Assembly (NCBI RefSeq): GCF_001194135.2
Contig: NC_068985.1
Coordinates: forward strand, 11,455,651 to 11,519,650
Length of the DNA: 64,000 nt
From: Octopus bimaculoides
Lineage: Eukaryota
Direction of reading: 5' to 3'
Part shown: piece by piece, positions 36,571 to 48,415 of the stretch
Layout of the letters: every line of letters begins with the position of its first letter
How positions within the stretch are numbered: the first letter of the stretch is position 1
Notes under the pieces: generated by a model
What the model was told of the DNA's origin: nothing
Database searches by the model: none
What the model saw: only the letters and a program-made list of their open reading frames with translations
Translations under genes and position numbers: made by a program

Positions 36571-37110
36571 AGGCGGCGAGCTGGCAGAAATGTTAGCACG
36601 CCGAGCGAAATGCTTAGCGGTTTTTCGTTTGCCGTTACGTTCTGTGTTCAAATTCCACCAAGCTTGACTTTGCCTTTCATCCTTTCGGAGTCAATAAATT
36701 AAGTACCAGTTACACACTGGAATAGATGAAATCGACTTAATCCCGTTGTCTGTCCTTGTTTGTCCCCTATATGTTTAGCCCCTTGTGGGCAATAAAGAAA
36801 TAAGAAACGTTAGCAAGTCGGGCGAAATACTTAGCGGTATTTCGGACCTTGTGAAGAGAATATATATGTGTGGTTGCGCAATGCTCCAGTGGTTAGGGTA
36901 GCGGACACGCGGTCGTTGGATCGTGGTTTCGATTCCAGGCCGGAATTTCGTCTGACTTTATGTTCTCAGTTCAAATTCCTTCGAGTTCGACTTTGTCTCT
37001 CATCCTTTCGGGGTCGGTAAATTACGTACCAGTTGCGTACGGGGGTAGAACTAATCGACTGGCTCCCCTCCCTCAAAATTTCGGGACTTGTGCTTAGGGT
37101 AGAAAAGAGT
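36571..37110 (+). mobile_element. S1 heterodimer with a 100-bp insertion carrying an S3 head
   Basis: Full monomer with tail b, junction AATAAAGAAATAAGAAACGTTAGC, then a headless monomer with tail a. Insert at 36845-36944 flanked by ATTTCG. Confidence 0.85.
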
Positions 37111-37260
37111 ATTGTGTTTTTATTACAATTGTGTCTAGTATTCATGCTTTGCGTGATGATGTAATTTATGTTTGCTGTTATTAGTGATTGCGGTTTTGTG
37201 GATTTTAATACAAGTGTAAATGGAGCACTCCGTCGGAAAAGGTGAAAGAAGAAAAAAAAA

Positions 37261-37457
37261 ACAACATAATAATAATAACATCGAAAAATATCTTAGGAAT
37301 GAGAACCTAGGTTCGTAACTCCCCCAAAGCACCTGATGAAGGAGGGTATATCGGCCGAAAGGTTTTGTTAACAACAAACAAGATGAGGACAAATATCAGT
37401 CAAATATAAATAATGTAAATAATGTACATAATTCCTCATCTCTAAAATATAGAACTG
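37261..37457 (+). mobile_element. Family S4 (hammerhead SINE), copy lacking the tRNA head
   Basis: Colinear with 62580-62775. Degenerate motif CTGATGA...GGCC-GAAA at 37333-37360, 9-bp hairpin AGATGAGGA/TCCTCATCT, and the same 3' end ATATAGAACTG. Confidence 0.8.
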
Positions 37458-37595
37458 TTCAACAAACTATATAAACACTCACCACTCTAGACTTTCATAT
37501 AATCATTCGTAATCGCTCACGTTTTACTCTCATGCATATGTATACGCTTGTGAGATTTTGTATACGCAAATGTGTACGTGCATATGTATAATGCA

Positions 37596-37705
<110 letters not shown>

Positions 37706-37972
37706 CGGCAAGAAGAAAATGGAGGGGATACAGAGATAATATGCATCAACTGTTAGATATTTCATTATGTCTGTTTATATATTTTAAACAATTATGAGAA
37801 TATATATACATATGTAAAGATTGTGTATTACTTAAGTACCAGTAATTCCTAGAATTGATAAAGGAAAAGAACAGTTTCTACCAGCAGTATCTTGGATAGA
37901 TACTATCCCTTAGTTGGTTGGATTCACAGCCTCTAACTCTCTTTGAATATATATATATATATATATATATAT

Positions 37973-38159
37973 GATAGATCGCTAACCACTACACAGATTT
38001 TTTTTCTCTGCTTGTTTCTTTCTGTGTTCCTTTCTGTGGAAGAGCGTAGGCTCGAAACGTTAAAGACTTTTTCAATTCTCGAGCATTATACTTATACATC
38101 TGTTTGTTTTCTACACTACCTGTCTTCGTCTTTTGTTTTTTGTGAATTCTCCCTATATA
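37973..38159 (+). mobile_element. Hammerhead-bearing element, family A (best copy)
   Basis: Motif at 38030-38065: CTTT-CTGTGGA-A-GAGC-gtag-GCTC-GAAA-CG-TT-AAAG. (TA)n on both sides. Confidence 0.8.
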
Positions 38160-38487
38160 NNNNNNNNNNNNNNNNNNNNNNNNNNNNNNNNNNNNNNNNN
38201 NNNNNNNNNNNNNNNNNNNNNNNNNNNNNNNNNNNNNNNNNNNNNNNNNNNNNNNNNNNNNNNNNNNNNNNNNNNNNNNNNNNNNNNNNNNNNNNNNNNN
38301 NNNNNNNNNNNNNNNNNNNNNNNNNNNNNNNNNNNNNNNNNNNNNNNNNNNNNNNNNNNNNNNNNNNNNNNNNNNNNNNNNNNNNNNNNNNNNNNNNNNN
38401 NNNNNNNNNNNNNNNNNNNNNNNNNNNNNNNNNNNNNNNNNNNNNNNNNNNNTATATATATATATATAGATAGATAGATATTTGTGT

Positions 38488-38536
<49 letters not shown>

Positions 38537-39142
38537 TGTGCAGGGGAGTGTGTATTTTCGTGTATATAAAACAAAGTGAATATTGTTCGCGCTACAGTTT
38601 ATAGACTGCGTATGCATACATATATTTAATTAAACAGAAATCAGATTTTCAAGCAGTTATTTTTCTTTATGACATTGGTTGATGGCTTTGTCAATCTCAT
38701 TGTTTTAGGTCAATCCGTGTGTATGTGTTTATGTCTATGTATGAGCCTATTGTGTGTGTGTGAGTGTATGTATATCTGTGCGTGTGTATATGCAAAGAAA
38801 CAGATAGAGCTTGAAAGTAATAGGCTAACACTTACACACACGAGAATCATTTTAATAGTTGACCTTAGTTGACCTTTAGTCCGAAAGAACATGGATTTGC
38901 GCTTCGTTGCTTTCATCCCTAGCTACGTAGACATATTCCTTGATCTATATCCAATCTTTAAGTGGGTTCGACTATCATACACGCTGAACCAAGTCTAGGT
39001 GTCGGAGTATATTACTTAATTGTAAATGGGTTTCTACAATAGTTGACCTTTCGCTTTTGCTTCTCTTTCAATAATGCGTCTGACCTGCCTGTGATAATTG
39101 GCCGTTATCCATAGAATATATACTCAAATGACAAATATATAT

Positions 39143-39417
39143 AGCCGCAGGAGTGGCTGTGTGGTAAATAGCTTGCTTACCAACCACATGGTTCGTGGTT
39201 CAGTCCTACTGCGTGGCGCCTTGGGCAAGTGTCTTCTACTATAGCATCGGGCCGACCAAAACCTTGTGAGTGGATTTGGTAGAGGGAAGCTTACAGAAGC
39301 CTGTCGTATATATATGTATATACATGTGTGTGTGTGTCTGTGTTTGTCCCCCCAACATCGCTCGACAAACGATGCTGGTGTGTTTACAGCTCTGTAACTT
39401 AGCGGTTCGGCAACAGA
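39143..39417 (+). mobile_element. SINE S2, 3' part replaced by a MITE remnant
   Basis: GCAGGAGTGGCTGTGTGGT head through CTTAGCGGTTCGGCAA, then abruptly different sequence. Confidence 0.85.
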
Positions 39418-39572
39418 TAGACTTTCCCGCCCATAGGCAGATCCCCAAAACCTGTTGGCCCATGACCTATTAAAAGATATGGAGTGACAGGTGTATGGGA
39501 TTTGATGATAGGGCTTAAATCTAAAGCCTCTGTGGACGGGAAACCAAAAGTAATCCCATAAAAACCGGCCTT
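39418..39572. mobile_element. Remnant related to the 15732 MITE family
   Basis: Shares AGATCCC(C)AAAACCTGTTGGC, (C/T)TGATGATA and the terminal CCCATAAA(AA)CCGGCCTT with 15732-16002. Confidence 0.6.
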
Positions 39573-39579
39573 CCCCATT

Positions 39580-39624
<45 letters not shown>

Positions 39625-39868
39625 NNNNNNNNNNNNNNNNNNNNNNNNNNNNNNNNNNNNNNNNNNNNNNNNNNNNNNNNNNNNNNNNNNNNNNNNNNNN
39701 NNNNNNNNNNNNNNNNNNNNNNNNNNNNNNNNNNNNNNNNNNNNNNNNNNNNNNNNNNNNNNNNNNNNNNNNNNNNNNNNNNNNNNNNNNNNNNNNNNNN
39801 NNNNNNNNNNNNNNNNNNNNNNNNNNNNNNNNNNNNNNNNNNNNNACACACACACACACACACACATA

Positions 39869-40109
39869 TTGAGTTGGTGCATAATTATTGTGGCTCTTTT
39901 TCAACAAATTTTATTCAACAAAAACAATAACGACATGTAACAAAAAACATGTTTAAATGATCATTCCGGAGCATATTCACCATCTATTTCACTTACTACT
40001 TCCCATGACGACCAAACCGTTATTTACAGATATTTTGTTAAATATTGTTAATCTTTTTGTTGAATAAAATTTGTTGAAAAAAAGCCACAATAATTATGCA
40101 CCAACCCAA
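39869..40109. mobile_element. mariner-type MITE with ~55-bp TIRs
   Basis: TA-TTGAGTTGGTGCATAATTATTGTGGC...GCCACAATAATTATGCACCAACCCAA-TA. A minus-strand remnant WEVVSEIDGEYAPE* resembles a mariner C-terminus. Confidence 0.85.
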
Positions 40110-40514
40110 TATACAGACATGCGCCATCTCACCACCACATAAATGCACAAATATGATATATTGGAGAAATTGTTACTGTTTTTGTTGAATTAATGCCGAC
40201 TCTGACAGAACAGTCCTACGTCCAAAGCTACGCTACCTGTGTACAGAATATTTTTCATCTCTTGCTTCGAGGAATCATCTACGAACAGTGTATCGTTTTG
40301 ATTTCGGTTGTTATTTGATAGAATGTCCAGTGAGAATATACTAATGGAAAGTAAATTTCACTGTATGCAAGGGAGAATTGGGGACACATACACACACATA
40401 CACATAAGCTCACACACGTACATTTACCAAGCAATGTTCAAATATTCATTTCGACAAACAGCTGTGTTCACTAATTTCATTATTCCTTTCGACACAGTAT
40501 ATTTACCAGGACGT

Positions 40515-40904
40515 CGACGCGCAATGGCCCATTGGTTAGGGCAGCGGACTCGCGGTCATAGGATCGCGGTTTCGATTCCCAGACCGGGCGTTGTGAGTGT
40601 TTATTGAGCAAGAACACCTAAAGCCCCACGACGCTCCGACAGGGGATGGTGGTGAACCCTGCTGTACTCTTTCACCACAACTTTCTCTCACTCTTTCTTC
40701 TTGTTTCTGTTGTACCTGTATTTCAAAGGGCCAGCCTTGTCACACTGTGTCACGCTGAATATCCCCGAGAACTACATTAAGGGTACACGTGTCTGTGGAG
40801 TGCTCAGCCACTTGCACGTTAATTTCACGAGCAGGCTGTTACGTTGATCGGATCAACTGGAACCCTCGACGTCGTAACCGACGGAATGCTAACAACGACA
40901 AAAA
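40515..40904 (+). mobile_element. SINE S3, full length with TSD
   Basis: tRNA-Arg-like head (CGGACTCGCGGTC; GGTTTCGATTCCC). 14-bp TSD ATTTA(C/T)CAGGACGT at 40501-40514 and 40905-40918. Confidence 0.9.
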
Positions 40905-41389
40905 ATTTATCAGGACGTTTTTAGTAGACGTTTAGACGTTACATCACAAACATTGATTTTTGTTTTTAAATTTTACATTTCTTTGCCATGATTTAATACT
41001 TAAGATATTGCTTTCACAATATGTTTGGTTAAAAGTCTAAAACAATGGGAAATTGGGACAAATGCATTCAACCGTGTCACTGAAACAAATCTAGGAAGAG
41101 AAAGTCAAACCTGATGATATTAACATTAATATGTCATAGATATCTATTTGAGATAAGTGAGCACAACTGCAAACAAACCTCTAAAATTGCCTGGGCATTA
41201 TATAAAAAGATATCTTATACTGGAGTGATACGAATATAATCTAAACGCAAACAGAAAAGAAAATTATATAAATATTTGGAATAATTATAGGCAGACGATT
41301 AGGAGAGAATCTTCAGGAACTGACACAGTATGCTGAGAAATTTATTTCCGCGTCTATATGTTTAGTGGTAATGGCGAAGTTTTATGACG

Positions 41390-41720
41390 AGATTTAAAGG
41401 ACTGAAAACAGATACTTTTCTCTACGTCCAAGCTCCATTTTTCAAGTTCCATTTGAAAATGAAAGTCAGGGCGGAGAGAGAATTCTTCCCCCACTCCCCG
41501 TTCCCCAGTATTTTTGTTGAAAGGTGGGTGAATGGGGCGACGATGGCCGGTGTGAATGGGCCGACTCTGAACTTCCGCTTGTAAACCGGTGGAGATGAGA
41601 AGGAGAGAGGCGCTTGCTGAAATGCAACGCGCGGTCGGGATAACCAGGATGTGTGGTGTACCTCGGTTGTCCCTGTAGGGAACACCCGATATTTTGGGAA
41701 TTTTATTTTGTAAATCGTCA
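41390..41720 (+). mobile_element. 3' end of an L1/Tx1-like LINE (ORF2 C-terminus plus 3' UTR), decayed
   Basis: Frame FFKFHLKMKVRAERE...IFVERWVNGATMAGVNGPTL* followed by a GC-richer UTR and a T-rich end. The assignment rests on recalled similarity only. Confidence 0.45.
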
Positions 41721-41904
41721 TTGTTGTTTTACTGTTTGCTCGATTTTTGCATTAAACCTCACGTGTTCCGACTTTGGGATCGTCCGTATTATTTTCCTTA
41801 AGGCACTTGAGGTCAATAAAGAAACGATTGTTATTATTATTATTATTGTTTATTACAGACCTACCTATTCAGACGTACTTACGAGTATCCTTTTCTTCGT
41901 CTAT

Positions 41905-42117
41905 TCTTTTATTTGCTTCAGGCATTTGACTGCGGCCATGATGGAGCACCACCTTTTAGTCGAACAAATCGACACCAGGACTTATTTTTATAAGCCTAGT
42001 AATTAGATTACGGGGACGTAAGCACACCAACATTGGTTGTCAAGCGATGGTGCGGTGGGGGAGACAAACACAGATACACAAATAGATACATACACGCGCG
42101 CACACACACACACACAC
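41905..42117 (-). mobile_element. SINE S2 3' half running into a gap
   Basis: CATTTGACTGCGGCCATGATGGAGCACC...GACCAGG-like block...TTACGGGGACGTAAGCACACCAACA. Confidence 0.8.
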
Positions 42118-43070
42118 NNNNNNNNNNNNNNNNNNNNNNNNNNNNNNNNNNNNNNNNNNNNNNNNNNNNNNNNNNNNNNNNNNNNNNNNNNNNNNNNNNN
42201 NNNNNNNNNNNNNNNNNTATACATACGCATACATATGTGTGCTCGTGTGAATGAATATATTCTTTCATACACACATTCACATACACACACACACATTCTT
42301 AAAGAAACTAAACACAGGGAATTATTTTAATAGACATCATTTTAGTTTTCATCAAATTACCAGCGATCAGTCGACAACGGTAACCCAGTAGAGTTCATGG
42401 TGTGTGTCCGCATGTTGAAGAGACGTTTGACAGGAACATAAATAATATTTCAACGTTATCGAGAAAAGAGAAAAAAACAACAACAGCAGCAACAACAACA
42501 ACAACAAAACATCTATTTTATTATCATTGTTTCGATATATAACATTACATTGTAATATTACACATCTTCCTTATTCAAAAGCTAAACTATCTAGGGACAG
42601 GAATGAATTACAACAATATAAAGATATGTAATAAACGTTTTGGCGACAAAATTTAGCTCAAGGTATCTAGTAACAACACGTTAGTGTTGTGGATCTCATA
42701 AATGACTCATGATAAACATCCAGACAGACGAGGACCGAGCAATCATATTTATTAAGATAATCAAATATTCAATAAACTAACAAATAAAATGTGTTGTTTG
42801 TGTTTATGAATGTTAATAATGTCATTGCCGTTGACTTTATGTGTCACGATAATGTAAACTGGTGTATTTTGATATCAATTCTTTATTCTCTCTCTCTCTC
42901 ACTTCTATTGCTCTGTCTCACGCACGTTGTATTTTTCAGTCCTCTACATACACCTCACTCCTACCCATATAGGATTGATATACATACATAACAAAACATG
43001 AGACATAATATGATATATATATATATATATATATATATGTAAGTATGTATGTATGTATGTATGTATATAT

Positions 43071-43195
43071 AGGTGCAGGCGTAGCTGTATGGAAAGAAGC
43101 TTGCTTCCCAACAGCATGGTTCTGGGTTCAGGACCACTGTGTGGCACCTTGAGCAAGTGTCTTCTACTATAGCCTCGGGCGACCAAAGAAGCCCG

Positions 43196-43242
<47 letters not shown>

Positions 43243-43460
43243 TCTGTGTTTGCCCCCTCACACACACACACACCATCGCTTGAAAACCGGTGTTGGTGTC
43301 ATTACGTCCCCGTAACTTAGCGGTTCGACAATAGGGACCGATAGAATAAGTACCAGGCTTGCAATGAATATGTCCTGGGGTTGATTTGATCGACTAAAGG
43401 CAGCGCTCCAGCATGGCCGAAGTCATATGACTGAAACAAGTAAAAGAATAGAAGAATAAA
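43071..43460 (+). mobile_element. SINE S2 with internal deletion
   Basis: Head and tail present; the block between GACCAAAG and AAGCCCGTCG is deleted. Confidence 0.85.
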
Positions 43461-43674
43461 ATAATATATATGTATGTATGTATGTATAATTACTATCATT
43501 ATTTTTACACCCTATTTACCATGCTAGCAATTCCGACGAGTTTTGACATTCACAAACAACGACACGCCGCATGTTTGTGATTCACTGTTTCCTGATTACG
43601 ATTTTCATTTTTCTGGCTCCTTCGATTTTGCAATACTTACCTCTGCGGTTTGCTAGATCACCTAGTTAACAGGA

Positions 43675-43976
43675 GCACTTAAATCGACTCCAGAACTTAT
43701 TCTTTGTAAGCCTAGTACTTATTCTATCGGTCTCTTCTGCCGAACCGCTAAGTTACGGGGACGTAAACACACCAGCATCGGTTGTTAAGAGATGTTGGGA
43801 GGGACAAACACAGACACACACGACGGGCTTCTTTCAGTTTCCGGCTACACTCACAAGGCTTTGGTCGGCCCGAGGCTATAGTAGAAGACATTTGGCGAAA
43901 GTAGCACGCAGTGGGACTGAACCCAGAACCATGTTGTTGGTAAGCAAGGTTCTTACCACAGAGCCACTCCTGCGCC
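43675..43976 (-). mobile_element. SINE S2, microsatellite-less short form
   Basis: Head CCACTCCTGCGCC; the central microsatellite is reduced to ACACACAC; the tail is truncated. Confidence 0.85.
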
Positions 43977-44744
43977 CATGTAAGTATCATTGTTTTCATA
44001 TGTGCCATTTGCTTCCAATTTATTTTCCACTGGACGCTCTTCCTGTCATCAACCGCTTAACAGAATGAAGTAAACATATTCTCTCGTGTCAGAAACACAT
44101 GCGGCGTTTCACTGAGAAGTAAAGTTATCTCCAGGGCAATAGATAGAGAGAAAAGTTTACCTACCAAGCTTATATATTATAATCTAATAAAACAACGGCA
44201 GTTGGAACTAAGTTAACATGAGAGATTGAGAAATGGCAGCTGGGATTATGTTGTAGCGGATAGGAGTGTTGAGCGGCAGGGCAGTTTACATCATTGTTTA
44301 TTTATAATATATTGATAAATAGACAACAGTATCCGTTGTATTAATAGAATCTGTCTCTAATCGAACATTGCGTGTCAGGCACAGTCAGATATTTATAGTA
44401 AAAATAATTACACACAGTTAATATAGAGATGAATGGGGGAAATATTAAGAAAGATAAGAATGATGATGATAACAGCAACGAAAGAACGAGATAAAAAACA
44501 TCACCAACGTCTAAAAACAGCGACAACAAATAATATTCATTTCTACTATAGGCACAAGATCTAAAATTTCGACTCTAGTGTAGAATTGGTACAAATTTTG
44601 TTGGCCACGAAAGGATAACAGGCTAAGTAAACCTTGGCGGTATTTGAACTCACAGTCTAAAGACGGACGAAATCGTAATGAGCAAGTTGGCTGACGTACA
44701 AATGATAGTCAGCTACCCCTAGCCAGAAGGGGTAGCAGTAGTCC

Positions 44745-44958
44745 TTTCTACTACAAGCACCAGTCTTTAGATTTCGGGACAGGAGACCAGTCAGTCGATT
44801 ACATCTTCCCCAGCACACAACTGATACTTAATTTATTGACCCGGATTGGATGAAAGGCAAGTCGACCTCGGCAGAACATGAACTCAGAACGTAGCAGCAA
44901 ATGAAATACGCTAAGTATTTCGCCGGCCGTGCTAACGAATCTGCCAGCTCGCCGTCTT
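44745..44958 (-). mobile_element. SINE S1 adjacent to (AAT)n
   Basis: GTCGACCTCGGCAG...CTGCCAGCTCGCCG; an older S1 remnant lies at ~44545-44690. Confidence 0.8.
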
Positions 44959-44959
44959 C

Positions 44960-44998
<39 letters not shown>

Positions 44999-45008
44999 NN
45001 NNNNNNNN

Positions 45009-45049
<41 letters not shown>

Positions 45050-46534
45050 TAATACCATCACCATCATCACTATTATTATATACAATAGTAGCGGCTCTGG
45101 GTCTGCTTACAACGCAAAAAATTTATATTATGATCTCAGAGTCGTATATACCGCATAATCTCGTTTAAATGGAGGGAAATTTTTTAATCAGATTTAGTTT
45201 GAAATTTTCTATAGTTAACGCTATCTTATAAATAGGGTCTAGGTTTGAGAATAAACATTCTTTAAGGTATTCTGAAAAATATAATTTCGGGTCATAAAGC
45301 GATGGTAAACTCCATCTTTGGTTAATACCGTATGAAATTGACAGAAACTATTGATATTTAATCAATGATGTATCTATTTATTCTCAACACGTTCCAGCAT
45401 GCTATTCGCTGTTGCATTTTTCCTTCTAGGAAACAACTCCCTTTAGACAATGAATATTGACTTACCCTATGTCATTGAAACCACTTCAGTCAACATACAA
45501 CTTCTAAAGGGTAAAAGTGTTCCCCTCGAAGGCTCTTGAAGGTTTATGCAAAAGGGGACGACTTATGAAGTTGAAATCTCTTGGAACGTGTTAAGAATGA
45601 GTATATGTGTCTATTCGTTTCGACTCGCAAACGTGCGTGTTTGTAATAATTTAATATTAATATTTATTTCTGATGCTGCTATTTTAAGACTGCATTAACG
45701 AATATATATTTGCCTCACACACGCTAGTTTTCAGCTGGAAATAATTTCTTCTTCTAAAAAAAGACTGGGCGTGTTTTGTTGTATTTTATTTTTAGAACGA
45801 GTTCATACGGTAATTAGTCAATCCATTGTTTTAAATGGTTCGCTCATGCAATTTCTAATTCCGTTTTCAATAAGGGTCAAGGCGTAATAATAGAGATTAG
45901 AATAAGGAGAAAACCGAGCATTTTAATAAGCCAGTAGCCGTTTTCAAAGAGAATATACGGAATGAATACTTGTACGAGTGCCATTCACATTTGATTCTAA
46001 AACGTTTCTGTGTAGGGTAAGTTATGTAGATACTTTGGTAGACATAAAACCATGTCTTGATGCGTTTTGAATTGCATCATGCATTTGGAATACACACACA
46101 CTCACACATGCATACAAGCCAAGCCATGGTCTTTCACATTTCTGTCGGATTCGTAGGGGTGCGGTCGTGATATATACCATGTATTAAGCAGTTTAAATCT
46201 CTCCGAGCCCATCAGTCTCGAGGTCTGACTATTGTCGAATTCTTCCAGAAAGTTAGAAAGAAAAGAGGAACGGAAGCTAACGGGAGTGTTTCAAACAACA
46301 TCGACTCCAGCACAGAAGTTGTGCATAGAAACCAATCTGTAAAGGATGAGTAAAATTGATGATCACAATGTGCAGCGAAAAGGATTACGGAAAGCAACCT
46401 ATCCGACGCTGTAACGATTCTGCCATATATAGCCTTTTTAATTCTCTATCGGATGAATTGCTAATGGAAGAGAATTACACACTTTACTATTTGTATTCAA
46501 ATGTAACACCTACTGGTAAAGAAACCTACCTACA

Positions 46535-47051
46535 TGGTAGTTGTCTACTCCTTATGCAGAATCTGACCACTTCTTGTGCTTACACGACAGATCTATCGAG
46601 GTGTCTGATGTGGAATTTTAAAGCAGAAAATGTTTTGAAAAGACACCCACAAAAATTGCAAATCTGCTTTGGACCACCGAGAGCGACAAGTGAAGAGCTG
46701 ATTTTTGTGCATCCTCAAATGTCTTTTGAGGCCTCCGTTAGATTGTCAGACTTTATGGCATACATGGTATTGACAGGTATGCACAGATAGATAGGCAGAA
46801 TATCTGACGGAGGCTTCTTTTTCGTGGGTCCGCAAATGAGATTTGAGTCCACAAAAGAAAGGTCTGGTCTGTTACAAACTGTGCACACAGACAGATTGTT
46901 GGGATTCAATTTCTCGCTGATCGTAGAATCTTTCTTTAAATATATTTTGAGTTTTGCATAAGTCATCTAAGTTTCATCAAAAGCTTTCACGCCACACTTC
47001 TGTTTCTCATCCTTCTCGATCCGAAGCAAGGGGTTCAATGGAGAGCAAAGT
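46535..47051 (-). mobile_element. 3' end of an RTE-clade LINE ORF2 with three degenerate C2H2 zinc fingers
   Basis: Across frameshifts and stops the minus strand reads EPLASDREG*..KCGVKAFDET*MTYAKLK (RTE-type post-RT motif), then CTVCNRPDLSF/CGLKSHLRTH, CQYHVCHKV*QSNGGLKRHLRMH and CNFCGCLFKTFSALKFHIRH, with the stop at 46580-46582. Confidence 0.8.
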
Positions 47052-48378
47052 CTGTGTGTATGTTGTGTGTGTGTGTGCGTATCTATACACACACACACAC
47101 ATACATATATATATCTTACGGCGTGAATGATAGTGATACGTGACGATAACCATCCAGAGAGTTTGTTCAAGATACAACTTCCTGAGACAGTATATTAATG
47201 GTTTATCTTATTACTATTTCACCATTTCTTGTCGACGTCGCCGTTGTTGTTAATAATCTCGTAGTGTTGGGATACATTTTTTCATCCTTCATTTAAAAAT
47301 GGTTTCAGCAGTGCCAAGTAAAAATTTCTTTGAAGTAATCTTAAAAAGACATATAATGGCCTGAGGAGCTGCTGAATTTGATATCAGTTACGAGGCAACA
47401 TAAAAAAAAGATATATATTTTGTAAACATTTAAAAGTTTATTTACAAATGTTTATGTCCAAAATGGCTGACACAAATAACTCTGCTACATAGCAAAATAT
47501 CGAAGTTGTATTTAAAAACCCACACCATCAATTCATACTATTGAATATAAAAGACAAAGAGGAAAATGAACGATTTAGTGATCATTCAGAAGAAATAAAT
47601 ACCCCAAAATACTCAAATAATGTTTTTGGATCACGGTGTCAGTAACAACAATAATAACAGCACCGACTGTGGCTTTGGTACGTTCATTTGCAACAAACCT
47701 CCCCTCAACATTAATTAGGCAGAAGTTTGAAACTATCATATTTGCATGACAAAAATCATTGTGAGAATTTTGTAAACCTCAACAGAATTTGTAAGACTCA
47801 ACAGAACTGATCCAGGAGAAGAAGAATAGACTACTTATATATTTCTGCTTATGAAAAAACAGTAAAAAGTTAAAATTTAACCTCAAGTTGTATACGTCGT
47901 CCAGACAGTCTCCTTAAAAATTATCTCAACTTCGAAAGAAAAAAAAAAGAGTATAACAATTTCATGAAGATTTCAGGAATCCAAGATACAAGCGAAGGCT
48001 ATCAGCTGGATCAGCAACTATAAACCAGGCCAGAGTACATTGTTCAACGAAATAAAAATCATGGTAAGGCAAACTGGACACAACACAAATTCATTGCCAG
48101 TAGTGATTGTGGCGTCACGGTAAGAGAGAGTGTAAAAACGGGTTTGAGAGAAGGTGATTCGTGTTCAGAAGAGAACAAAATGTTTTTGCACAACCCTAAT
48201 GATTCTAATGATATTGCTTCATTAGTTTCCATTCCGCAGGCGCTGAAACATGGTGTATGAAATAGATCATGCCGGGTAGAAAATATTTCCAATATTTGTC
48301 GGATAAAACACGCCTAAGTGCTCAATGATGCGAAATATGTGGAAGATTAACCCCAATAGAGGAAAACGGATATATATA

Positions 48379-48415
<37 letters not shown>

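Noticed and set aside
41340-41730. Long ATG-less open frame on the minus strand
   Set aside because: Better explained as the antisense of a GC-richer LINE 3' fragment.
46356-46790. 144-aa plus-strand ORF
   Set aside because: It largely overlaps the antisense of the RTE zinc-finger relic, and the minus-strand reading explains the sequence.
47977-48063. AG/GT-bounded 29-codon segment ESKIQAKAISWISNYKPGQSTLFNEIKIM
   Set aside because: It is isolated, has no recognisable homology or convincing partner exon, and another frame is similarly open.
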